From an uncultured Subdoligranulum sp. (GTDB lineage: Bacteria; Bacillota; Clostridia; Christensenellales; CAG-314), in assembly GCA_964612455.1 (NCBI GenBank), contig CAZTCB010000004.1, positions 3,350-67,349 of the forward strand: a DNA stretch of 64,000 bases. The letters are read 5' to 3'. The notes under the pieces are model-generated. The model worked only from the letters and a program-made list of their open reading frames with translations. It was not told where the DNA came from and ran no database searches. The position numbers and the translations under genes are program-made. Of the stretch, positions 45,762 to 55,812 are shown one piece after another. Every line of letters starts with the position of its first letter. Positions within the stretch are counted from its first letter, which is position 1.

Positions 45762-46338
45762 TATTTTGATTATTATCGTCAGTGCCGTCTTCGTAAACAA
45801 CTTTGTCGTCGTTCAATTTTTGGGTATTTGTCCGTTTCTCGGCGTTTCCAAAAAGACCGAGTCTGCTTTCGGAATGGGCGTTGCCGTTACGTTTGTCATG
45901 ACGGTTGCGAGTCTCGTGTGTTATTGCTTGTACATGTACGTATTGGTTCCGCTCGGTATATCGTATCTGAGGACCATAGTATTTATTTTCGTTATAGCCA
46001 GTCTCGTCCAGATTCTCGAGATGGTGTTGAAAAAATTTGCTCCCGCATTGTATCGCTCTATGGGCGTGTATCTGCCGCTTATCACCACAAACTGCGCGAT
46101 ATTGGGCGTTGCGGAACTAAATCTTACTTCCTCGATGGTGACCAATGTGCTATCGGCAACGTTAAACGGATTTTTCAGCGGATTGGGCTTTTTGCTCGCT
46201 ATCGTACTGTTGTCGGGCGTGAGAGAAAAAGTCGACAAATTACCGATTGCAAAACCTCTTAAAGGTTTTCCCATTACTATGATTTGCGCGTGCTTTATGG
46301 CTATGGCGTTTTACGTATTCGGTACCGTTGCTTTATAG
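45754..46338 (+). CDS. rnfA: Rnf complex subunit A
   Basis: 194 aa. FLGICPFLGVS and PLITTNCAILG motifs of the NqrE/RnfA family. Confidence 0.9.
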   Translation: MSNILIIIVSAVFVNNFVVVQFLGICPFLGVSKKTESAFGMGVAVTFVMTVASLVCYCLYMYVLVPLGISYLRTIVFIFVIASLVQILEMVLKKFAPALYRSMGVYLPLITTNCAILGVAELNLTSSMVTNVLSATLNGFFSGLGFLLAIVLLSGVREKVDKLPIAKPLKGFPITMICACFMAMAFYVFGTVAL

Positions 46339-46350
46339 GAGACGAAAAAG

Positions 46351-47208
46351 ATGAATTGTTTAAATTTTATGTTTTTGGCGTCGACTTCCGTCGACTGGTC
46401 CAAGTTCTTTATCGTCATCGGTATAATGGCGGGGATCGGACTTGTTTTTGCTTTGCTTATAGTGCTTGTGTCTAAATATTGCGTCGTCAACGAAGATCCG
46501 AAGATTGCCGAAGTTTCAGCGCACCTTTGCGGTGCCAATTGCGGCGGGTGCGGTTATCCCGGGTGCGACGGATTTGCAAAAGCTTTGGTCGAAGGCAAAG
46601 TGTCTCTGGACGAGTGCGGTCAGACGACTAAAGAAAACAAGATAGAAATAAGCAATATTCTCGGCATATCTTACTCCGGCACGGGCGATACGATAGCCGT
46701 GGTGAGTTGCAACGGCGGTATAAACTGCAACGACAAGTATTCTTATCAAGGCTACGGCAGTTGCGTCAGTCAACAAATATTGGCAAACGGTCGTAAACAA
46801 TGCGCCGTAGGATGCATGGGTGCGGGCAGTTGCGTCGACGTTTGTCCCAATCTGGCGATAGAGTGCAGAGAGGGATATGCGCAAATAGATCCTGCTCTCT
46901 GCGTCAGTTGCGGTCTTTGCATTAAGGCTTGTCCGAAACGACTTATCAAGCGCATCCCCAAAGACGCCAAAGTTTACGTCGCTTGCAGTACTCAGTGCAA
47001 GGGGAGGGCTGTGGCGGATATGTGCAAGTCGGGCTGCATCAGTTGCGGTCTCTGCCAAAAGTTTTGCCCAAACGACGCCATTCATCTCGTCAACAACGTG
47101 CCTATCATAGATTATTCCAAGTGCAACGGTTGCGGAATATGTAAAGAAAAATGTCCTCGCAAGGTCATTAAGGATGTGTACGAGACAAAGGATTGCGTTT
47201 CGCAGTAA
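46351..47208 (+). CDS. rnfB: Rnf complex subunit B (polyferredoxin)
   Basis: 285 aa. N-terminal TM. CGGCGYPGC 4Fe-4S domain plus several CxxCxxCxxxCP ferredoxin motifs. Confidence 0.9.
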   Translation: MNCLNFMFLASTSVDWSKFFIVIGIMAGIGLVFALLIVLVSKYCVVNEDPKIAEVSAHLCGANCGGCGYPGCDGFAKALVEGKVSLDECGQTTKENKIEISNILGISYSGTGDTIAVVSCNGGINCNDKYSYQGYGSCVSQQILANGRKQCAVGCMGAGSCVDVCPNLAIECREGYAQIDPALCVSCGLCIKACPKRLIKRIPKDAKVYVACSTQCKGRAVADMCKSGCISCGLCQKFCPNDAIHLVNNVPIIDYSKCNGCGICKEKCPRKVIKDVYETKDCVSQ

Positions 47209-47248
47209 GCGTAAAACGAAAAACGCGATATACTGAATAAAATTTAAT

Positions 47249-47296
47249 GCACTTCAAAAAGCAAACGAAAACGGCGGTCTTTTTGAAGTGCTTTTT
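47249..47296 (+). terminator. rho-independent terminator after rnfB
   Basis: 13-bp stem GCACTTCAAAAAG / CTTTTTGAAGTGC with a 17-nt loop, then T5. A second, weaker hairpin plus T6 lies at 47311-47340. Confidence 0.65.
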
Positions 47297-47381
47297 ATAC
47301 CTGAAAATTTGCCCTTTTACCAGTGCGTAAAGGCTTTTTTAGTATTTGGGTGTAAAAAAGGTGAAACTTTTTTATTTGGTA

Positions 47382-47410
47382 TTTACAAGCGTTTTTTTTT
47401 GTGGTAAAAT
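47382..47410 (+). promoter_or_regulatory. sigma-70-type promoter (extended -10) of the ppx-maf-mreB-like unit
   Basis: TTTACA-17 nt (ending TGg)-TAAAAT, about 70 nt upstream of ATG 47481. Confidence 0.45.
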
Positions 47411-47480
47411 CATTAAAAACGGCAAACGGGGCTTTTTTAATAAGGTCCCTTATAAAAGAAAAACGGAGAGTTGGTTTTTT

Positions 47481-49001
47481 ATGGAAAGAGTAGGTGTTAT
47501 CGATTTAGGAAGCAATACCGCGCGGTTGGTTATTTTTGACGTCTTGGACGGCGGTTACTTTGTCACTGTTGAAGAAACTCGCGAGGGCGTCAGACTCGGC
47601 GAAACGGAGGAAGACGGCAGTCTTAAAGCCACGAGAGTTTTACAGGCAATCAATACCGTAAAAACGTTCAAGAGAATATGCGGTATTTACAAAGTGGACA
47701 GTATTCAGGCGGTTGCTACCGCGGCGGTGAGACGCGCCCGCAATCAACGCACTTTTCTTAACGAAATGTTTACCGCTACGGGCGTCAGATTTCGCGTCCT
47801 TTCGCAGGAAGAAGAGGTAAATTATATCTATCAGGGCGTCATTAACACTATGGACGTGCCTAAGGGTTTGATAATGGAAATCGGCGGCGGCAGTACTAAA
47901 TTTATTTATTATAATCGTCGCAATATCCTTAATACCGCGGTTTTGCCCGTCGGCGCCGTAACTCTGACCGAAATGTTTTGTCGGCAGGACGAAAAGACGC
48001 CGGAGGAGTGTTCCGCCGATATGGAAGAGTACTTTAAAGGATTGTTGCAATCGATTGATTGGCTTAAAGAAATTGATCCCGACACCCAGTTGATAGGGTT
48101 GGGCGGGACTTTTCGCAATTTGTCGAGAATAATACGCAAAATAACGAAATATCCTTTGGATATGACTCACAATCACGTCGTTAACGTAAGCGATATATAC
48201 GGTTTATACGACAATATTAAGGGATTGGATGTTGCACAGAGGCAAAAGATAAAAGGGTTGTCCATGGTGAGAGCCGACGTTTTCCCAAGTGCTTTGTCGG
48301 CAATCAAAGGATTTTTAGACTATATGGATTTTGACAGAGTGGTTACGTGCTGTACGGGGCTTCGCGAAGGCTTGATGTTTAATTACGCCGTGCCCGTTAC
48401 TCTTGAAAAACCGATTACCGACGTGTTGGGACACAGTTTGTTGACGTCTATCGCTCATCTCGGTTGCAATCAAAGCCATGCCGAGCAGGTCTTTAATCTC
48501 AGTATGCAACTTTTTAAGCAGTTGAGAGTACTGCACAAATTCCCTCGGTCATATCTCAAGGTGCTCAGAGTGGCTGCCATGTTGTGCGATACGGGCAAAT
48601 CTATCAAATTTTACAATAACGCAAAGCACTCTGCTTACTATATCCTCAACAGCAATACTTACGGTGTTTCGCATCGCGATATAGTAATGGCGGCGTTTAT
48701 TACCGATTATTACAATAAAGAAGACAGCGGCTGGAACGATTGGAAAAAATACGGCGATTACAACATCCTTAGCGAGGACGATATTGCGGCGATAAAAAAA
48801 CTTGCGGTTATTTTAAAACTCGCGCGTGCCCTCGATGCCGGTCATACCGGCGTAGTGGCGGAAATAAATTGCGACGTTTTGGGTGACAGCGTTATCATGA
48901 AGACGGAGCTCAATGGAGATGCGTCGTTGGAAAAGAAATGTGCGGACGGAGTAGTGCTCGATTTCAGGCGCATTTATCGTAAAAATTTGGAAATAATTTA
49001 A
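47481..49001 (+). CDS. ppx: Ppx/GppA family exopolyphosphatase/phosphohydrolase
   Basis: Start at MERVGVIDLGSNTARLVIF (GGAGAG RBS). ASKHA fold motifs EIGGGS. C-terminal HD-like helical domain. The upstream ORF-track extension lacks support. Confidence 0.85.
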   Translation: MERVGVIDLGSNTARLVIFDVLDGGYFVTVEETREGVRLGETEEDGSLKATRVLQAINTVKTFKRICGIYKVDSIQAVATAAVRRARNQRTFLNEMFTATGVRFRVLSQEEEVNYIYQGVINTMDVPKGLIMEIGGGSTKFIYYNRRNILNTAVLPVGAVTLTEMFCRQDEKTPEECSADMEEYFKGLLQSIDWLKEIDPDTQLIGLGGTFRNLSRIIRKITKYPLDMTHNHVVNVSDIYGLYDNIKGLDVAQRQKIKGLSMVRADVFPSALSAIKGFLDYMDFDRVVTCCTGLREGLMFNYAVPVTLEKPITDVLGHSLLTSIAHLGCNQSHAEQVFNLSMQLFKQLRVLHKFPRSYLKVLRVAAMLCDTGKSIKFYNNAKHSAYYILNSNTYGVSHRDIVMAAFITDYYNKEDSGWNDWKKYGDYNILSEDDIAAIKKLAVILKLARALDAGHTGVVAEINCDVLGDSVIMKTELNGDASLEKKCADGVVLDFRRIYRKNLEII

Positions 49002-49002
49002 T

Positions 49003-49584
49003 ATGACGCATATAGTGCTTGCGTCGGCGTCTCCTCGTCGCAAAGAATTGCTCGGCAAGATTATTGCGGATTTTTCGGTTTGTCCCTGTTCGCTTAAAGA
49101 AGAGCGTCCTGCATTACCTCCTAAAAAGTACGTTGTATATCTTGCAAAGTTTAAGGCCGACAACGTGTACGAAACCTTGCCCGACAAATCGGACTCGGTG
49201 GTGATCGGCAGCGATACGATAGTCGTTCTTGACGGTCGGATATTGTCTAAACCGTCCGACGAAAAAGAAGCGAAAGAGATGTTGCGAGCGTTGTCCGGTA
49301 AAACCCATTCGGTGCTCACCGGTGTTTGTATTTTATCGAAAGAACGTTCAAAAAGTTTTTTCGTCGCTACCCGTGTTAGGTTTTTTAACCTTAGCGACAG
49401 TCAGATAGACGCGTATATCGCCACTGGTAGCGCTTTGGACAAAGCAGGGGCGTACGGCATACAGGATAGCGGATTTGTGAAAAAAATCTACGGCAGTTAC
49501 GACAACGTAATGGGATTGCCGACGGAAAAATTAACAAAAGAAATAAAACCTTTTTTGGTGAATAAACAGGAGTTAAAAAGATGA
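49003..49584 (+). CDS. maf: Maf-like nucleoside triphosphate pyrophosphatase
   Basis: 193 aa. LASASPRRKELL, GSDTIV, KAGAYGIQ. Confidence 0.9.
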   Translation: MTHIVLASASPRRKELLGKIIADFSVCPCSLKEERPALPPKKYVVYLAKFKADNVYETLPDKSDSVVIGSDTIVVLDGRILSKPSDEKEAKEMLRALSGKTHSVLTGVCILSKERSKSFFVATRVRFFNLSDSQIDAYIATGSALDKAGAYGIQDSGFVKKIYGSYDNVMGLPTEKLTKEIKPFLVNKQELKR

Positions 49585-50570
49585 CTAAAATGGATATTGT
49601 CGTTGATATCGGTAGTAAATTTTTAGGTTTAGGTATCGTGGACAGAGACTTTGTTTCGCGCGAGCCATGCGTCGTTGCGGAAGAAAAACAACATATTAAA
49701 AACAATTACGTAGCGTTCGGCATTAAAGCCATGCAGCTGGAAAAAACAGACGACGGCAGTTGCACTATTATTCATCCGGTGCAAAACGGGCAGATAGTCG
49801 ACGCGGATGCCTTTGAGTATTTGTTGACCTGCGCGCTCCAAAAAATCTTGCCATCGGGTGCTTTTTTGCCAAAGATGACCGCCTATTGCGTTGTCGCTTG
49901 TTGCGCGTCAAACGAGACTAAAAAATCGATTGACGATATCTTTAATAAATTGGGCTTTAAAAAGGTCGTCTTTTTGTATTCTCCGATAGCAGACGCATTT
50001 GCCGCGCGCAAAGAGTTTGGTTTTTCCTCATGCGTTACGATAAACATGGGAAACGATTTGACACAGGTTTGCGCGGTAGAAGGGAGCGAGATAGCGGGCG
50101 GCGTCACGATGCAGTGGGCAGGCGTCAAGCTCTTGTCAAAAATCGTAGAATACGTAAGAAACAAATATAGCGTCGTTATCGGATTGACGCAGGCAGAGCG
50201 TATCCTCGTAAACAGCATTAGCCTTTATCCCAACAATATGTCGGCGTTGCGCGTCAGAGGGGTTAATACTCAAAAAAATACAGAGGAAATCATAGAAATA
50301 TCTTCACGCGAGCTTTACGAAACTACGTTTGACTTTTTTGAAAAGATAGTTAACATCGCAAATAGTCTCGTTTTGTCCGTGCCGATAGCGAAAGCCGACA
50401 AAATTCGCGCCAACGGCATCGTGCTTTTCGGCGGTTTGGCGTCCGTTGAGGGACTCGAAAAGTTTTTGGTCGATATGCTGAAAATGCCCGTCAGACTCAA
50501 ATCGGCTCCCGAAAACAGCGGCGTGGAGGGTGCTAAACTCTATGCCGAAACAATGGGTGGTCAAAAATAG
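49581..50570 (+). CDS. divergent MreB/actin-like protein with degenerate nucleotide-binding motifs
   Basis: 329 aa, colinear with MreB (REPCVVA, PVQNGQIVD, GIVLFGG..). Phosphate-2 DIGGGTTE is replaced by NMGNDLTQ, IEEP by LYSP, and GGG by GGL. ATGA overlap with maf. Confidence 0.7.
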   Translation: MTKMDIVVDIGSKFLGLGIVDRDFVSREPCVVAEEKQHIKNNYVAFGIKAMQLEKTDDGSCTIIHPVQNGQIVDADAFEYLLTCALQKILPSGAFLPKMTAYCVVACCASNETKKSIDDIFNKLGFKKVVFLYSPIADAFAARKEFGFSSCVTINMGNDLTQVCAVEGSEIAGGVTMQWAGVKLLSKIVEYVRNKYSVVIGLTQAERILVNSISLYPNNMSALRVRGVNTQKNTEEIIEISSRELYETTFDFFEKIVNIANSLVLSVPIAKADKIRANGIVLFGGLASVEGLEKFLVDMLKMPVRLKSAPENSGVEGAKLYAETMGGQK

Positions 50571-50622
50571 AGTATAATTTCGTACCCGAAAACCTAAATG
50601 CGTTTTTTAAGGAGATGATATT

Positions 50623-51474
50623 ATGAAACGTATCGGTAGAAATCTGTTTTTATTCGTGCTTTTTGTCATTTTTATATGTCTGTGCCTTGTCGGGTGTTCG
50701 GAAACCACGGGAGACGCCGACCGTTTGCCGAGTATGGACAAAGGGACAGTCGGCGATTCGTCGACCTATACCTCTACGACGGAAGCAACTCCGGACAGAA
50801 AGGTGATTTATTCGGTATCCGTCAGCTATACGGTTGATGCTCTCGACGATTGCGAAAAAACCGTCGCGTCAAAACTCAAAAACGACGAGTGGATATCCGG
50901 CAGTAACGTAAGCAAAAATTACGCCACCATAGTCGCGAGGATTAAAACCGAACGCTTGGACGAGTTTTTGTCCTCTTTGGACGGACTCGGAGAAATGACT
51001 TATTACAACAAGACGTCTGAGGATATTTCCGAAAAATACTACGACAACAGCGTCCGTAAAACAGCCTTGGAAAACGAACAATCGCGTCTGTTGGCATTGC
51101 AGTCGTCGGCAACCTCGCTCGCCGACCTTATAGCAATCAATACTCGTCTAAGTGAAATAGAGGCAGAACTCGCCACCGTTAACGGTACGTTAAACAAATA
51201 CGACAGTCTCGTAGAGTATAGCACCGTTACCGTGACTTTGAGCATTAAGAATCAATACGGCACATATACGTTTTGGGACGAACTGGCAGACGGGCTTTCA
51301 GTCGCGTGGGAAATAGCAAAAGGATTGGCGATATTGATTGTTTGTATCCTTCCTTACGGCTTGGTCGGTAGCGGTATTTTCTTTTTGATTCGGCACTTAG
51401 TGCGTCGAAAAAGGGCGAAAAAGTCGGCAGAAAAACTTGCCGTAAACGACATAAAGGAGCCGAAAGGCGACTAA
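50623..51474 (+). CDS. DUF4349-like lipoprotein with C-terminal TM
   Basis: 283 aa. Lipobox LVGC. RKVIYSVSVSYTV, ARIKTERLDEFL, a coiled-coil segment and STVTVTL, followed by a TM plus basic tail. This is the pattern I associate with DUF4349. Confidence 0.7.
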   Translation: MKRIGRNLFLFVLFVIFICLCLVGCSETTGDADRLPSMDKGTVGDSSTYTSTTEATPDRKVIYSVSVSYTVDALDDCEKTVASKLKNDEWISGSNVSKNYATIVARIKTERLDEFLSSLDGLGEMTYYNKTSEDISEKYYDNSVRKTALENEQSRLLALQSSATSLADLIAINTRLSEIEAELATVNGTLNKYDSLVEYSTVTVTLSIKNQYGTYTFWDELADGLSVAWEIAKGLAILIVCILPYGLVGSGIFFLIRHLVRRKRAKKSAEKLAVNDIKEPKGD

Positions 51475-51501
51475 ATAGGTTGAAAAATAAAAAAATCGAT
51501 A

Positions 51502-51535
51502 AAAACTCCGTTTTTTTAGTGGAGTTTTTATTTTT
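51502..51535 (+). terminator. rho-independent terminator
   Basis: AAAACTCC(G) / (T)GGAGTTTT stem with a T-rich loop, followed by a T-run. Confidence 0.65.
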
Positions 51536-51594
51536 GTATTGAATAATATAAGCGGAAACGTAGGGACACTATTACGAGAGACGAGGCGACGGGT

Positions 51595-53382
51595 ATGAAC
51601 GACAAAGAATGGTATGATTTTTTAGCTGAACTCAAAGCGAAAAACGATATCGTAGACGTGATATCTTCTTATCTGCCCGTTCGTCAAAAGGGCAGAGGCT
51701 TTTGGGCGCTTTGTCCGTTTCACAATGACCGCAATCCGTCCTTGTCCATCAATAGGGAAGGTCAGTATTACCACTGTTTCGTTTGCGGCGCAGGCGGCGA
51801 TATTTTTAAATTTATCCAAAATTACGAAAACTGCACCTTTATGGAGGCGGCGGAAATTCTCGCTCAGCGAGCAAACGTTCGTATGCCGAGTCTTGACACC
51901 GAGACGGAAAAAAACATAGCGAAAAAAAAGCGCGTAAAGGACGATTGTCTGGACGTTTGCCTTTTTGCCGCGCGTTATTACAATGCTTGTCTTCGCAAGC
52001 AAGAAAACAAATTCGTTTCAGATTATCTCGCAAGTCGAAAAATCAGGGTCGATATGGTCAAACGTTTCGGTTTCGGTTATTCGGACGGTTGGCAGGGCTT
52101 GGTAGATGCGTTGCGTCGCGACGGTAAAAACCTCGACACCGCAGTCAAAGCGGGCTTGCTCGTCAGACGTGACGACGGCAGTTATTTTGACGCTTTGGCG
52201 TACAGACTTATTATCCCCATTTTTGATATCAACGGCAACGTCATCGCTTTCGGCGGTCGTACGTTTAGTAAAAATAAAGACGTTGCCAAATATAAAAACA
52301 CGTCGGTAACGCCGATATTCGACAAGAGCAAGACGCTTTACGCGTTAAACTTTGCAAAAAAGGCAAAGCAAAACGGCAACCTCGAGTATCTTATCGTGGT
52401 AGAAGGATATATGGACGCAATAGCGCTTCATCAGGCTGGTTTTCCCCAAACCGTCGCGAGTATGGGTACGTCGCTTACAGTTGAACAGGCACGACAAATA
52501 AAACGCCTCGTGTCTACCGTTTATATCTGTTACGACGGCGATGCCGCCGGGCAAAACGCAACCGTAAGGGGACTCGATATTTTGAGAGAGCAAGGTCTCG
52601 ACGTCAGAGTGGTGACTATGCCGGACGGAGTAGATCCCGACGAATATGTTGCCGACAACGGAGCCGACGGATATAGATTGCTTTTGTCCCGAGCAATGCC
52701 TCTGACTGATTATAAACTCGCATTGGCTGAAAAGACATTAAAGCCAAAAACCGACACTAAAGCGGCAATAAACGAATACAGAAGAAAGTATGCGTCCAAA
52801 GCGCTTGAAATATTGATGCCGTTGTCGGCGGTAGACAGGGAAAGTTATCTGCCGGCATTGTCGTCTGCAACGGGTATGACGACGGAGTTTTTGCGGGCGC
52901 AGCTTATAAACGGTACCACGGATATCGCCGAAGACAAGGTATCAGTGCCGGACGCCGTCGCCGACGTTCCGCAGGACGCTAAAGCAGTAGCTTATATTTT
53001 GGCGAGCAAACTTAACGGATGTTCTTTTGCCGACGACGATTTTATTTATGACGGCGACGACGTGCTTTTTAACAAAGTTGCGCGTCTTATCGAAAAAACA
53101 AAGAGGCTCGGCAAAGAGATAAAGTTTGGAGACATTTACATGATAGAGGACGTTGAACGATACCCGTCAAGCTTGAAAATGCTGTTGGACGTGGAGTTTT
53201 CGGGGGACGACGTCGATAAAAAGTCTTATCGCGATTGCATGGATTTATTACAAAAAAACGATTTAAAGACAAGGCTCGATACGTTAAAAAACCGCTATTC
53301 CGTGGTTTCCGACGCGTCGGAAAAACGCAATATATTGCTTGAAATAGCCGAAATCACCAAAAAAATCAATTCAAAAGCTTAA
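51595..53382 (+). CDS. dnaG: DNA primase
   Basis: 595 aa. Zn finger [35 protein letters not shown] and YDGDAAG. Confidence 0.93.
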   Translation: MNDKEWYDFLAELKAKNDIVDVISSYLPVRQKGRGFWALCPFHNDRNPSLSINREGQYYHCFVCGAGGDIFKFIQNYENCTFMEAAEILAQRANVRMPSLDTETEKNIAKKKRVKDDCLDVCLFAARYYNACLRKQENKFVSDYLASRKIRVDMVKRFGFGYSDGWQGLVDALRRDGKNLDTAVKAGLLVRRDDGSYFDALAYRLIIPIFDINGNVIAFGGRTFSKNKDVAKYKNTSVTPIFDKSKTLYALNFAKKAKQNGNLEYLIVVEGYMDAIALHQAGFPQTVASMGTSLTVEQARQIKRLVSTVYICYDGDAAGQNATVRGLDILREQGLDVRVVTMPDGVDPDEYVADNGADGYRLLLSRAMPLTDYKLALAEKTLKPKTDTKAAINEYRRKYASKALEILMPLSAVDRESYLPALSSATGMTTEFLRAQLINGTTDIAEDKVSVPDAVADVPQDAKAVAYILASKLNGCSFADDDFIYDGDDVLFNKVARLIEKTKRLGKEIKFGDIYMIEDVERYPSSLKMLLDVEFSGDDVDKKSYRDCMDLLQKNDLKTRLDTLKNRYSVVSDASEKRNILLEIAEITKKINSKA

Positions 53383-53402
53383 TCGGAGGAAAAAAGTTTT
53401 TT

Positions 53403-54464
53403 ATGTTAAACGACGAAAAACAACAGTTGGTAACTCAGTTTTTGTCCGAAATCAGACAAAACAATACAAAAGGATACGTTACTTACGAAGAAATCGAGGC
53501 AACAATCGAAAAAATGCACCTCGAACTGACGGAAGAAGAAAACGCCGAGTTGTACAAGGCGATGGACGAGGCAAACATCAACATAGTTGACATTGCGCCA
53601 AACACCATCGATTTGGCAAAAGGAATAGCAGACGTAAGCATAGACGATCCGGTTAAGATGTATTTGAAAGATATCGGCAAAGTGCCTCTGCTCAGCGGCG
53701 AGGAAGAAGCGCGCCTTGCTCAACTCATGCAAGAAGGCGACGAGGATGCCAAAAAAAAGTTGAGCGAAGCCAACCTTCGTCTCGTAGTATCCATTGCAAA
53801 AAGATACGTCGGCAGAGGAATGCAGTTTCTTGATTTGATTCAGGAAGGCAATCTCGGATTGATGAAAGCGGTGGACAAGTTTGATTATACCAAGGGGTTC
53901 AAGTTTTCGACGTACGCCACATGGTGGATAAGACAAGCCATAACGCGTGCCATAGCCGATCAGGCGCGTACTATTCGCATTCCCGTACATATGGTCGAGA
54001 CGATAAACAGGACCGTCAGGGTCAGTCGCACTTTATTGCAACAACTCGGTCGCGAGCCGACGCCTGAAGAAATAGCCAAAGAAATGGGCGTCCCCGAAGA
54101 AAAAGTAATAGAAATCCAAAAAATAGCGCAGGACCCCGTCAGCCTCGAAACGCCTATCGGTGAGGAAGAAGACAGCCATCTCGTCGACTTTATAGAGGAC
54201 GACAAAACGATTGCTCCGGGCGACGTGGCTGCGTACTCGGTGCTGAAAGAACAGATGCTCGGCGTGCTTCACAAGCTCACGCCTCGTGAAGAAATGGTAC
54301 TGAGATTGCGTTACGGTATCGACGACGGCAGACCTCGCACGCTCGAGGAAGTCGGTAAAGAGTTTAACGTCACGAGAGAACGCATCAGACAAATAGAGGC
54401 GAAAGCGCTTCGTAAACTTCGCCATCCTTCTAAAAAAAGAAAATTAGAGGATTTTCTTGATTAA
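53403..54464 (+). CDS. sigA: primary RNA polymerase sigma factor (SigA/RpoD)
   Basis: 353 aa. Region 2 [16 protein letters not shown]. Region 4.2 [28 protein letters not shown]. dnaG-sigA operon. Confidence 0.95.
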   Translation: MLNDEKQQLVTQFLSEIRQNNTKGYVTYEEIEATIEKMHLELTEEENAELYKAMDEANINIVDIAPNTIDLAKGIADVSIDDPVKMYLKDIGKVPLLSGEEEARLAQLMQEGDEDAKKKLSEANLRLVVSIAKRYVGRGMQFLDLIQEGNLGLMKAVDKFDYTKGFKFSTYATWWIRQAITRAIADQARTIRIPVHMVETINRTVRVSRTLLQQLGREPTPEEIAKEMGVPEEKVIEIQKIAQDPVSLETPIGEEEDSHLVDFIEDDKTIAPGDVAAYSVLKEQMLGVLHKLTPREEMVLRLRYGIDDGRPRTLEEVGKEFNVTRERIRQIEAKALRKLRHPSKKRKLEDFLD

Positions 54465-54465
54465 C

Positions 54466-55107
54466 ATGAAAATCCCCGACAGGATAAAAATGTTGCTTTC
54501 CGTTATTCCGCAATGCGACGTATTGATGGACGTCGGTTGCGATCACGGTATGGTCGGAGTTGCGGCTTTGCTCGAAGGAAAGGCAACGAGAGTTATTTTT
54601 ACGGATATAAGTTTGCCGTCGTTAAAAAAGGCGGAGCGGCTTGCTAAACGTTACGGCGTTGACGAAAGGTGCGATTTTTTGTTTGGCGACGGGACGTGCG
54701 GCAAAAAAGCCGATTGCGTCGTCATCGCCGGCATGGGCGGAAAAGAAATTTTAAAAATATTGGACGACGGCGTTTTTTTACCCGAGTACCTCGTGCTCAA
54801 CCCGATGCGTAACGCGGATACGGTGCGTAAGGAACTGTATAAAAAGTATTTTTTTGACCTTGACGTAAAGTTTTTCGATAAAAAGTATTACGACGTCATG
54901 TTTCTTAAGCGAGGAGAAGACGATTTATCCGACGAGGAAATAATATACGGAAAGACAAATATCGCTCTTTTTGGCAAAGACTTTATCAATTTTTTGCTTT
55001 TGCAGCGGTTAAAATACAATAAAATCTATAACGATACCGACAATCCCGCAGTATTAAAACGTTTAAAAGAAATCGACGGGTTGTTGGTGAGGAGTAAAAA
55101 TGTTTGA
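54466..55107 (+). CDS. trmK: tRNA (adenine22-N1)-methyltransferase TrmK
   Basis: About 213 aa. DVGCDHG SAM-site motif and IAGMGG. Position after sigA as for B. subtilis yqfN. Alternative TTG start at 54457. Confidence 0.8.
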   Translation: MKIPDRIKMLLSVIPQCDVLMDVGCDHGMVGVAALLEGKATRVIFTDISLPSLKKAERLAKRYGVDERCDFLFGDGTCGKKADCVVIAGMGGKEILKILDDGVFLPEYLVLNPMRNADTVRKELYKKYFFDLDVKFFDKKYYDVMFLKRGEDDLSDEEIIYGKTNIALFGKDFINFLLLQRLKYNKIYNDTDNPAVLKRLKEIDGLLVRSKNV

Positions 55108-55798
55108 AAATATAATAGAGTACCAAAAGATAGACGGTCAGTTAAAGGCAATCGAAAGCCAGCTCAGCGCGACGGAAGAGCGTAAACGCGTGCGCGCTTG
55201 TTTGCAGTATCTAAAAGAAAGCGATGAAAAACTAAAAAAAATGGAAAGCGACGTGGCTGAAATAAAAGCCAGGAGCAATGCTTTGATGGAGCAGTACGAA
55301 ACAAATTATAAACTGCTTACGGAGTACGAAAAAGGCGTGAGTAACGCACTTGACGGCGACGAGCTCAATTATCTGAGAAAAAAATTTGACGATCTCGTCA
55401 AAGTCATCGGTAACATAGAGAGAGATATGATTGCTTTATCTCAGGAGGCGACAGGTATCTCCGCTCAGTTTGAGGAAATACGCGCGAAACTTCCGCAGGC
55501 AAAAAAACAGTACGGCGAAGCCAAAGACAAATTCGAGGTTTTGCGCAAAGCGAGAGAGCCTGAGGTCAGCGCGTTGCAGAGTAAAAAAGCAGAGATAGAA
55601 AAAACTCTTTCTCCCGAGATACTGGCTATTTACAAGGAGTTAAAGGCGCAAAACATATCGCGTCCTTTCGTGGCTTTGGAGGAACCGGATCGTTGCGGAG
55701 GATGTCGGATGGATCTCCCCGTCGGCAAACTTTCGGCATTGTCGGAGAAAGGTTACGTCAGATGCGAAAACTGCAGAAGAATAATTTATAAGCAATAG
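55100..55798 (+). CDS. coiled-coil protein with C-terminal C4 zinc ribbon (COG1579/DUF164-like)
   Basis: 232 aa. Long helical region, then CGGCRMDL...CENCRRIIY. Confidence 0.75.
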   Translation: MFENIIEYQKIDGQLKAIESQLSATEERKRVRACLQYLKESDEKLKKMESDVAEIKARSNALMEQYETNYKLLTEYEKGVSNALDGDELNYLRKKFDDLVKVIGNIERDMIALSQEATGISAQFEEIRAKLPQAKKQYGEAKDKFEVLRKAREPEVSALQSKKAEIEKTLSPEILAIYKELKAQNISRPFVALEEPDRCGGCRMDLPVGKLSALSEKGYVRCENCRRIIYKQ

Positions 55799-55812
55799 GG
55801 GGAAAATAAACA

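Noticed and set aside
47346-47480. N-terminal extensions offered by the ORF track: ppx from 47346, kbl from 2984, lepA from 6885, aroC from 33038, the SBP from 61139, ttcA from 31585 and the repeat protein from 6703.
   Set aside because: In each case a downstream start has a proper Shine-Dalgarno and/or matches the conserved family N-terminus. The extension overlaps a promoter, a terminator or the upstream gene, and encodes low-complexity sequence.
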